IMG/VR virus record: IMGVR_UViG_3300031760_003956
Location: 1-64,000 of that record
Direction: 5' to 3' (one strand)
DNA length: 64,000 nt
Source: a virus
Lineage: Duplodnaviria; Caudoviricetes
Part shown: positions 1 through 7,269 of the stretch, piece by piece
How positions within the stretch are numbered: position 1 is the first letter of the stretch
How the letters are laid out: each line of letters starts with the position of its first letter
The notes under the pieces: generated by a model
What the model saw: only the letters and a program-made list of their open reading frames with translations
Told to the model about the DNA's origin: nothing
Databases searched by the model: none
Position numbers and translations under genes: made by a program

Positions 1-345
1 CATCTTTTCCGTTACAAGCGTTCATAGCTGCCTGACGTACATCACAATCGTCATCTTTAAGTCCACGCTCGATAATCTCAATCGGAACATCTTTTCCGTT
101 ACAAGCGTTCATAGCTGCCTGACGTACTCGCCAATCGTCATCTTTAAGCCAACGCTCGATAATCTCAATCGGAACATCTTTTCCGTTACAAGCGTTCATA
201 GCTGCCTGACGTACATCACAATCGTCATCTTTAAGCCAACGCTCGATAATCTCAATCGGAACATCTTTTCCGTTACAAGCGTTCATAGCTGCCTGACGTA
301 CTCGCCAATCGTCATCTTTAAGTCCACGCTCGATAATCTCAATCG
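1..345. repeat. 87-bp tandem repeat, about 4 copies
   Basis: Unit catcttttccgttacaagcg... starts at 1, 88, 175 and 262. Confidence 0.95.
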
Positions 346-385
346 TTATTTCTTCTCTATCTCCAATTTTTTTATTTACTGACAT
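1..385 (-). CDS. HEAT-like repeat protein (29-aa repeats), runs off the window start
   Basis: ATG at 385 with AAGGAG RBS. Translates MSVNKKIGDREEITIEIIERGLKDDDWRVRQAAMNACNGKDVP..., with a repeated LKDDDxxVRQAA HEAT-like motif. Not in the ORF track. Confidence 0.75.
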   Translation of the reverse strand, partial: MSVNKKIGDREEITIEIIERGLKDDDWRVRQAAMNACNGKDVPIEIIERWLKDDDCDVRQAAMNACNGKDVPIEIIERWLKDDDWRVRQAAMNACNGKDVPIEIIERGLKDDDCDVRQAAMNACNGKD

Positions 386-413
386 ATTAAAATTCTCCTT
401 TTATTAAAATCTA

Positions 414-563
414 TTAAGCTTCAAAAATATGAAATAAACTGCAACCGTGTTTCTCTGCTATCTCTTGACAAGTCCAATAATCAGGCTCGTCCTCAGCGTA
501 TATATCCTCTGAATAATCAACCATATTTCCGTCTTTACTGCATACTAAATTATACTTTTTCAT
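414..563 (-). CDS. small hypothetical protein (49 aa)
   Basis: AGGAGG RBS; MKKYNLVCSKDG...HIFEA*; co-oriented with neighbours. Confidence 0.6.
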   Translation of the reverse strand: MKKYNLVCSKDGNMVDYSEDIYAEDEPDYWTCQEIAEKHGCSLFHIFEA

Positions 564-581
564 AGTTTTATCCTCCTGTTA

Positions 582-878
582 TTAAAAATCAAATGAATAA
601 ATTTCTGCACAATCATCTGCTCCTGTGTCCTTTAAACATTTTTTAGCAAACTCATCAAGTCGATATACGCACCTATCATCACTTTCAAGTACATCATCAT
701 AAAGCATAATCAGCTTATAAATTTCCTCCGCAAAAAGTAAACGACTTCTGTTATTTCCATTCTCGTCCGTCCATTGAACGTGTAAACCTCTATCCAACAA
801 ATCAAGTTTTAGCTCTGTTATCTTCTCCATATAGTTTTCTGACGCTCTGTTGCTTTCGTAAATATCAAATTTTTTCAT
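582..878 (-). CDS. hypothetical protein
   Basis: ORF track; AGGAGG RBS. Confidence 0.75.
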   Translation of the reverse strand: MKKFDIYESNRASENYMEKITELKLDLLDRGLHVQWTDENGNNRSRLLFAEEIYKLIMLYDDVLESDDRCVYRLDEFAKKCLKDTGADDCAEIYSFDF

Positions 879-893
879 TGTTAAACCTCCTGT

Positions 894-1079
894 CTAAGCA
901 CATAAACAATTTTCTAAAGCATATTTAATAGCTATACTACAATCTTTTTTTGTCCTATACTTCCCAAAACAAAGCAAGGGAGAATACTTTTTCTTTATAG
1001 TGTCATACACTACCCACCACGTTTTTCCGTCCATAGCTGTCCTCTGAATAGGTATAAATCTATTTTTAATATCGTACAT
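894..1079 (-). CDS. hypothetical protein
   Basis: ORF track; GGAGG RBS overlaps the end of the upstream gene. Confidence 0.7.
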   Translation of the reverse strand: MYDIKNRFIPIQRTAMDGKTWWVVYDTIKKKYSPLLCFGKYRTKKDCSIAIKYALENCLCA

Positions 1080-1081
1080 TG

Positions 1082-1618
1082 TTAAACCTCCTCATCGTGC
1101 CACTTTAAACCACGCTTTTTATAAAGTGGAATCCAATGCTCATCGTAAAAACTATATCCGGCTCCGTCTATACCAAAGAAATATCCGTATTTGTATGAAT
1201 TATACACTCTAAATCCACACTCAGACATAATTCTTATTCCGTCCTGTTCTTCTAACCACCAATCGTCACAACTATCTCGAAAACTCCACATAACGCCCCA
1301 CATAGGGAGTAAATCATCTCGCTCGACCTCAAATTCATTCGCTTCCTCGGCTCGTATAATCTCTCCGTTATCAAGTGTAATTTCATAATAATAACACTCA
1401 TCGCCATTATCGTCCGTATAGTCTACGATATTAGTAACCTCGCCTGTTTCTCCGCTATCATAATGATATACTCTATCACATACTCTCGGAGTTGTAACCT
1501 CCGTCCAATCATCTATATCAACCGACATAAGAGTAGATATAATATCCTGTTGAATAGCGTCCATCTCTCTTACCCATTCTTCCGCTGCTTCACGGATTGT
1601 TTTTGTTTCTCTTGTCAT
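1082..1618 (-). CDS. acidic phage hypothetical protein (PMWG...GIDGAGY motifs)
   Basis: ORF track; AGGAGG RBS; W/G-rich motifs that look conserved. Confidence 0.8.
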   Translation of the reverse strand: MTRETKTIREAAEEWVREMDAIQQDIISTLMSVDIDDWTEVTTPRVCDRVYHYDSGETGEVTNIVDYTDDNGDECYYYEITLDNGEIIRAEEANEFEVERDDLLPMWGVMWSFRDSCDDWWLEEQDGIRIMSECGFRVYNSYKYGYFFGIDGAGYSFYDEHWIPLYKKRGLKWHDEEV

Positions 1619-1663
1619 TTTGTCCGACCTCCTTGAAATATGTATTTTAAATATTTTTCCACT

Positions 1664-2368
1664 TTAGGCTGTGGCTGCCGTGTTTGCTCTGCTCAACAAT
1701 TTATCCGTGTCAATCTCGACCTCAACAGAAATTCCGTCCTCATCCTCGTTGACAATCTCGTCCTCAGAAAAGATAAAATAGTTTCCGTCCTCGTCAAAAT
1801 ACCACCCGTTAGCTTCGCAACAGTCCTCAATCTCCTCATCGTCCGGCTCGTAAAACCATTTGTAACCGTCCTGTTCAAGCTGACCGCATAACTCCGACAT
1901 ATAGTCTTGTATTAAACCCTCGAATCGCTCTATTAAGTCATAAGGAATATTCCTATAATAATTATTTTCACATTCCCATACAACATCCTCTAAATAATAG
2001 TGTCTATCGCATATGCAATAGTGATACCAGTCATTCGCCGGCATAGTGTATTCATCCGCTATCTCTCTGAATACCCAGTTAAAAAACCTCAACTCTTTTT
2101 CCGTAAAATTGTCCTTGATATGCTCCATAACATCATCAAGCCTTAAATCTCCGTAAATGTTCAGTCCGTCACCTTGACAGTAATTTAGCGAATATTCGAC
2201 CTTTAAATCACTATTAGGGAATAAACTCTCTAAATAATACTGGCAATCCTCGGTAAAAATATCCGTCCTCGTCCAGTCCTCTAAATACCATTGACGTACT
2301 TTGTCTTTTGCTTCTTCCGATAACTCAGAAAAGCTAAATACCTTATACATTCTCTGTACTGTAAACAT
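1664..2368 (-). CDS. very acidic hypothetical protein (FSELSEEAKDKVRQWY motif)
   Basis: ATG 2368 follows AAGGAG; D/E-rich; the motif resembles a family I recall from mobile elements. Confidence 0.75.
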   Translation of the reverse strand: MFTVQRMYKVFSFSELSEEAKDKVRQWYLEDWTRTDIFTEDCQYYLESLFPNSDLKVEYSLNYCQGDGLNIYGDLRLDDVMEHIKDNFTEKELRFFNWVFREIADEYTMPANDWYHYCICDRHYYLEDVVWECENNYYRNIPYDLIERFEGLIQDYMSELCGQLEQDGYKWFYEPDDEEIEDCCEANGWYFDEDGNYFIFSEDEIVNEDEDGISVEVEIDTDKLLSRANTAATA

Positions 2369-2467
2369 TGTCTGCTCCTTCCTCCGCAATCAGCGGAAAA
2401 TAAAATCCTTTAATACGCTCAATAATAACCTCGTTTCCGTTCTTCCTGTTCCTCAGCTTCTTTTCTG

Positions 2468-2860
2468 TTAGTTCGTCCGTTTTGTTTTATCCTCCTTAAC
2501 TCTAATCTTTTTCGCCCTCAATTCCTCCGGCTGCACATAGTTCTCTGAATCCAGCTTATAAACAAAATTTTCCGCAAGGTTAAAACCGCATACTCGTTCG
2601 GCTCGTTCCGCTGTTCTGCTTATAATTCCGTTCGTGTTATATAAATTCAAATATCCACGCTCCCAGAGTTTTACACAAGATTTTCTAATGTTCGGCAAAG
2701 TTCCGCTACTGTTACGACCTCGACCGAGTTTATCCGCTAAATCAGAATAACCGCCGACCGTGTAACCGTTTTGTAACAAATAACAAATAATCTCAGCTTC
2801 GATATTTGTAAAAACTTTGTAAAATTTAAGGCATAGTTGCAAATCGTTTATCCTCTGCAT
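2468..2860 (-). CDS. putative winged-HTH DNA-binding protein
   Basis: YSDLADKLGR...NIRKSCVKLWERGYL pattern; AGGAGG RBS. Confidence 0.55.
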   Translation of the reverse strand: MQRINDLQLCLKFYKVFTNIEAEIICYLLQNGYTVGGYSDLADKLGRGRNSSGTLPNIRKSCVKLWERGYLNLYNTNGIISRTAERAERVCGFNLAENFVYKLDSENYVQPEELRAKKIRVKEDKTKRTN

Positions 2861-2873
2861 AGTCCGTCCTCCT

Positions 2874-3116
2874 TTATCGCTTTATAAAGTCCACATCATC
2901 ATAAGATTTATTGATTTTTGAATTGTAAAAATCGCCCTTATGATTATTGTAAAAAATCCGCAAAAAAGCGTTTTTATCATCCACAATATGAAAAGTCGCT
3001 TTTTTACTTTTGATTAAAAACTCCGTTGCATTACCGTTAAAATCATCACCGACAAAACCGTCAATAAATAACTGTTCGGCTGCTCCGTATGGCGAATATC
3101 CTTTGTATTCGTACAT
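2874..3116 (-). CDS. hypothetical protein
   Basis: ATG 3116 after GGAGG, in frame with the track ORF. Confidence 0.7.
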   Translation of the reverse strand: MYEYKGYSPYGAAEQLFIDGFVGDDFNGNATEFLIKSKKATFHIVDDKNAFLRIFYNNHKGDFYNSKINKSYDDVDFIKR

Positions 3117-3129
3117 AGTTTGTCCTCCC

Positions 3130-3303
3130 TTAATCGTTATAAAATGCTTTTTTAGCATTAGTTTTATAAGCGTAAACTATCTCATTTAAAAAATTTGTCC
3201 TTGAATCCTTTAAACGCTGTTTGACGCTATTTTCCGCTTGCCTTTTGCTCATACCGAAATACCACATCATAGCTGTGATATACTCTGATTTACTATAACC
3301 CAT
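3130..3303 (-). CDS. small hypothetical protein (57 aa)
   Basis: AAGGAGG RBS; MGYSKSEYITAMMWYFG...AFYND*. Confidence 0.6.
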   Translation of the reverse strand: MGYSKSEYITAMMWYFGMSKRQAENSVKQRLKDSRTNFLNEIVYAYKTNAKKAFYND

Positions 3304-3404
3304 AATTTGTCCTCCTTTAAATTAGTAATAAGATTAATTACTTAGCCATTAAAGCGGAAAAATATCCGCTTTAACGGCTCAATAATCAATCCTCCTTGAA
3401 ATAG

Positions 3405-3731
3405 TTATTTTAATATTCTGAATCCCTTATGATTTGGATTTTCTTGTCTTATAAAACCGTGTGCTTTTTCGGTTATAAGTCCGTCTATTTCCTCATAACT
3501 TGCCAATATAGCACAATTTTCTTCATACCATTGATACAAATAATCAAAATTTTCTTCTGAATAGTCCATAACAATATAGTCTACAGAGCCAAGCAAAACA
3601 CAATCTAACTCGATATACTTTTCAAGTGTATCAATATTAGTTTTACTTGAAATCTCCGCATAATAACCGGATAATTCGCCGTTGCTTCTGATTAATTCTC
3701 TACGGTTTTTTGTTATAGAATTAGTAAACAT
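3405..3731 (-). CDS. hypothetical protein
   Basis: ORF track; AAGGAGG RBS. Confidence 0.75.
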   Translation of the reverse strand: MFTNSITKNRRELIRSNGELSGYYAEISSKTNIDTLEKYIELDCVLLGSVDYIVMDYSEENFDYLYQWYEENCAILASYEEIDGLITEKAHGFIRQENPNHKGFRILK

Positions 3732-3751
3732 TTTATCCTCCTTTAATTCCT

Positions 3752-3883
3752 TTATAATTCGCCCAGAATAGCCCTTATGACGTTTTTATGACGTTTGCCA
3801 ATATACCGCAATCCTACCCATAAAACGCAGCCCAGAGCTACCCAGAGAGCCAAAAATGTGACTACTTTTAAAATAATTTCCAT
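3752..3883 (-). CDS. 43-aa single-pass membrane peptide
   Basis: GGAGG RBS; MEIILKVVTFLALWVALGCVLWVGLRYIGKRHKNVIRAILGEL*, a hydrophobic helix plus a basic tail. Confidence 0.6.
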   Translation of the reverse strand: MEIILKVVTFLALWVALGCVLWVGLRYIGKRHKNVIRAILGEL

Positions 3884-3921
3884 AGTAACCTCCCTCATAA
3901 GGGAGGAATTTTCCGCCTCCC

Positions 3922-5229
3922 TTATGTTAATAATTTCGCCCGTGTAATGGTCGTTTGCTTTTGTCCGTTAAATTCGCCGTGCTCTTTTACTGTGAAATTC
4001 ATACCCTTGCAATTTTCAAAATCCTCGTTGTTATAAGAGGTTGATGTTTTCCAAATAAACACATATTTTCCGCTGACTAATCGCCATACCGTTACCCATT
4101 GTCCATAGCCGTATGAGCTCTCCCAACTTGAGATAATTCGCGCATCGTCTATATGGTCAACGGTCGCTCGGTCGCCAATTTTGCCGAAGTGTTCAAAAGT
4201 CAAATTTTCCGCTTGCCTCTTTTCAATTTCGATTTTCTTGTCAATCGCTTTAAAGTAACAGTTTGGTAAGCACGCTATAAAACCGATGTTGTTTTCTTTT
4301 ACGTAGCCAGCGCGAAGCATAACTTGAATATTGTTTATAAAGTCCGTTGTCGCCTCTTGCGCTTGATAATAGTTGATTATCGCGTCAATTTCCGAGTCGG
4401 CAAAGTTGAAATAATCTTCAAATTTTCCGTCGAATATATCCGCTTTTAACCAACGATTAAGGCGGTCGAGCCGCTGCTGTTCTGACTCCTCGTCACACAG
4501 CATTTTAACAATGTTCTTTGTCGGTAAATCCGCTTTTGAATTGTAATATCCAATTTTCCGCGTAACGCCGAGCGCGTAACACAAAACTTCTCTAATATCA
4601 AAATAGATACGTTTTCCGCCAAATTCAGAATAGCTAAAGCCATATTCTTGCGCCTCGTCCATATACACGAGCATTTCGGAAAGTGTCTCAACTAATTTTG
4701 CTATTTTTTCCGCCGAGATTCCCCAGCCGTAATATTTCATACAATTAGAGCCGACCTGCTTATAATCGCCGTTGTTTTTGTCTTGGATTATAAACAGATT
4801 TTTCCGCCAGCGATTTGTTTTACAATAGTCGCAATAACATTCGGTCGTCCTGTACTTTTTAGGAACTTCCGCGCCGTCGTGCAAAGTATGAATTATATTG
4901 CCGTTGTCCGTATATTCAACCATAGCCAGAATATCAAAATTTCCGTCGAGCTTCGCGGTCACGTCCTCAACCTCATAAACGTAAACTTTATAAGGGTAAA
5001 GCGATTCGCCGCTCGCCTCGGCTTCTTTGATTTTTTCCGTCTCGTTAGCGTCGAGAATAATCGTGCCCCAGCCGCTCCCGTCCCAGCGTTGTTTGTAATA
5101 AACAAGTTTGAACTCTTCGCGGAGTAAGCTATATTCAAAGGGCAAATTGAACTTTTTACACTTGCGCGCAAAACTTTCCATTCGCTTTTCAAATTCGTTT
5201 TTATAGCTCTCGTAAATTTTTACTTCCAT
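3922..5229 (-). CDS. phage protein with CxxC...GxxC zinc motif and C-terminal OB-fold-like domain
   Basis: CDYCKTNRWRK...QVGSNC and C-terminal GKIGDR...TVKEHGEFNGQKQTTITR; GGAGG RBS. Confidence 0.75.
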   Translation of the reverse strand: MEVKIYESYKNEFEKRMESFARKCKKFNLPFEYSLLREEFKLVYYKQRWDGSGWGTIILDANETEKIKEAEASGESLYPYKVYVYEVEDVTAKLDGNFDILAMVEYTDNGNIIHTLHDGAEVPKKYRTTECYCDYCKTNRWRKNLFIIQDKNNGDYKQVGSNCMKYYGWGISAEKIAKLVETLSEMLVYMDEAQEYGFSYSEFGGKRIYFDIREVLCYALGVTRKIGYYNSKADLPTKNIVKMLCDEESEQQRLDRLNRWLKADIFDGKFEDYFNFADSEIDAIINYYQAQEATTDFINNIQVMLRAGYVKENNIGFIACLPNCYFKAIDKKIEIEKRQAENLTFEHFGKIGDRATVDHIDDARIISSWESSYGYGQWVTVWRLVSGKYVFIWKTSTSYNNEDFENCKGMNFTVKEHGEFNGQKQTTITRAKLLT

Positions 5230-5500
5230 ACTTAAAGCCTCCCTAAATCCTTAAAATTCTGTGCTCTGTGTTTATACGGGCTTGCAACCGTTATACAAAG
5301 TATAGCCACATTTCAGAAAGGGCACAGCCTTGCGCCGCGCCCTTGAATTTACACTAACATATAGCACAGAGAGCCAAAAAAGTAATCACCTTTAAAAAAA
5401 TCATTCCTATTTGTCCTACCTTCTTAAAAAAATTCTTTTGCTTATTAAAAAAGGGGATATTGACCGGAGCCGGAGCCGCCGACCAATACCGAACACAAAA

Positions 5501-5680
5501 CTATTTCTCAATATGAATTTTAGTTCCGTATTCTAAATCATCCGCTTGTTTTTTCAATTCGTCAAAATGCTGATACATTTCTTTCGGAACATCTAACAGA
5601 ATTTTGCTAATATGTAGCCCACCTGTTTCAAATTCCAAAATATACAGATTTTCACGACATTCTGAAAAGTCAACAAACAT
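5501..5680 (-). CDS. small hypothetical protein (59 aa)
   Basis: AAGGGGG RBS-like sequence; MFVDFSECREN...IHIEK*. Confidence 0.5.
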   Translation of the reverse strand: MFVDFSECRENLYILEFETGGLHISKILLDVPKEMYQHFDELKKQADDLEYGTKIHIEK

Positions 5681-5871
5681 CAGATTTACCCCCTTTCAAA
5701 TTCTCTGTAGTTATTAGTTTACTTATCTGAATAAGCGTAAGCCCTCCCACCATCGCCAAGGTTACTACATCGGGAAGGTACAAGGGAATTTTTTATTCCC
5801 TTGCTAAAATAATTAAATAGATAATCAGCAACACCCCACCCACTTATGAAAAGCGGGCAGCGGTTAAAGGT

Positions 5872-6291
5872 TTAAGCATTTTTTATTATCTGATTAAGAT
5901 AATCAGCAAGCCAATTTTCGACTACATCGGCAATTACCTCACCGAGAATATAACAGCGGATTGTAACATCGAAATATTCCCAATCACCATTGATAAAATG
6001 TTCTGTTATCGTTTCCGGCTCAACGCAAAACTCACGGAGAGCGTCTTGTAATAAGTCCTCATTATCAATAACAGCCATTTTAGCTTTGTAGCTGTTGCAG
6101 TAATAGCTACCGCTTGCATTACCTGTTACACCGTCATCAATCCATAACTCATCGTGTAACATCTCTGTAATACCCTCAAAGTCGATTTCGCCATTATCGA
6201 CAAATTCAAGTAATTTTTCGTCATAGTAACCGTCTTGAATTGTGTCTTTGATGTCATCGAACATTGCTACATAATAATCATAATTTGTCAT
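5872..6291 (-). CDS. acidic hypothetical protein (DxVTGNASGSY / DVTIRCY motifs), first gene of the leftward arm
   Basis: ATG at 6291 after AAGGTGG; strongly acidic. Confidence 0.75.
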   Translation of the reverse strand: MTNYDYYVAMFDDIKDTIQDGYYDEKLLEFVDNGEIDFEGITEMLHDELWIDDGVTGNASGSYYCNSYKAKMAVIDNEDLLQDALREFCVEPETITEHFINGDWEYFDVTIRCYILGEVIADVVENWLADYLNQIIKNA

Positions 6292-6364
6292 AATTAAAAC
6301 CACCTTTTAAAAAATTCATTTTTTGGTATGTATTCACACCGTCAAAAGCTGAATATATCAGCCC

Positions 6365-6393
6365 TTGACGGTATGACCGATAAATGATATAAT
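6365..6393 (+). promoter_or_regulatory. sigma-A-type promoter, rightward and antisense to the leftward leader
   Basis: TTGACG-17 nt-TATAAT with a TG extension. Confidence 0.55.
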
Positions 6394-6785
6394 ATCTGTT
6401 ATCGGTATACCGTAGAATTTAAAGGGATTTTTTGACGTTTGACATTATATTAACGCTCCGGCTATTCTTTTCAATATACCGGATTTTTTCGCCTTGCCGT
6501 CTTAAAGTTAAACCGATAAATCATAGGTAATGAAATTACATTGACACTTTAATAATAAAGCCGTTTTAAACTTAATTTATAGGTTCATAGCTGTTATAAT
6601 TACATAGTCACAAGTTTTGATAATCTCCGAGCCGAAGGACAAGCACAATAAAATGTGCGATTACGTCAATGCTCAGTAGATTAAAAGCGATTAATATAAA
6701 CCGTTCATTCAATTTTCAAGGTTCAAAGGCTCAAAAGGTTTTTAATACCCTTTGAAAAGGTTTTTGATTTCTTTATCTTGACTAT

Positions 6786-6813
6786 ATTATATCAGAATAT
6801 CAGAAAAATACAA
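6786..6813 (-). promoter_or_regulatory. sigma-A-type promoter for the leftward arm
   Basis: Minus strand TTGTAT-16 nt-TATAAT with a TG extension. Confidence 0.55.
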
Positions 6814-6893
6814 TAGACGAATTACACAAACGTACAATAGACGAATTGTATATAATTGTGCATATTGTACAAATATATTACAATAGACGAATT
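6809..6893. promoter_or_regulatory. three 15-bp direct repeats TACAATAGACGAATT (putative operator)
   Basis: Exact copies at 6809, 6833 and 6879 between divergent promoters. Confidence 0.7.
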
Positions 6894-6906
6894 ACAGAAT
6901 TTTGAC

Positions 6907-6953
6907 ATACTATATATAGTGGTATAGAAATATATAAACACAATATATAGTGT
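6907..6953. promoter_or_regulatory. tandem NrdR-box-like palindromes
   Basis: ATACTATATATAGTGG (6907) and ACACAATATATAGTGT (6938), 31 bp apart, matching acaCwAtATaTwGtgt. They abut TTGACA at 6902 and overlap TGtTATAAT at 6951. Confidence 0.6.
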
Positions 6954-6999
6954 TATAATAGTTTTTGTGCAATATGTAAAAAGAATAGGAGGTTTTTTT

Positions 7000-7263
7000 G
7001 TGTATTATGACAAAAAAGAAACAGAGAAGCGGAAGAACTCAGCGGCAAGGATAAGAGCAAACAACAAGTATACAAAGGCACATTATAAAAACGTTAGTAT
7101 TAAGATAAAGCCGGAGGAAGCGGAAGCAATCAGAGCAAAAGCGAAAGCATACAATATCAGTATTGCACAGCTTATTATTAGAGCCGTTGACGAGTACAAG
7201 CCGGAGAACATCAGCACCACAGAGGAAACCACAGAACAGACCGCCGAAACCGCCGAGCCGTAA
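7000..7263 (+). CDS. ribbon-helix-helix (Arc/CopG-like) DNA-binding protein
   Basis: AGGAGG then GTG at 7000; RANNKY...YKNVSIKIKPEEAEAIRAKAK...SIAQLIIRAVDE RHH pattern. Confidence 0.7.
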   Translation: MYYDKKETEKRKNSAARIRANNKYTKAHYKNVSIKIKPEEAEAIRAKAKAYNISIAQLIIRAVDEYKPENISTTEETTEQTAETAEP

Positions 7264-7269
7264 CCGCAT

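Noticed and set aside
1-345. CRISPR array
   Set aside because: The units are contiguous 87-bp in-frame coding repeats with no unique spacers.
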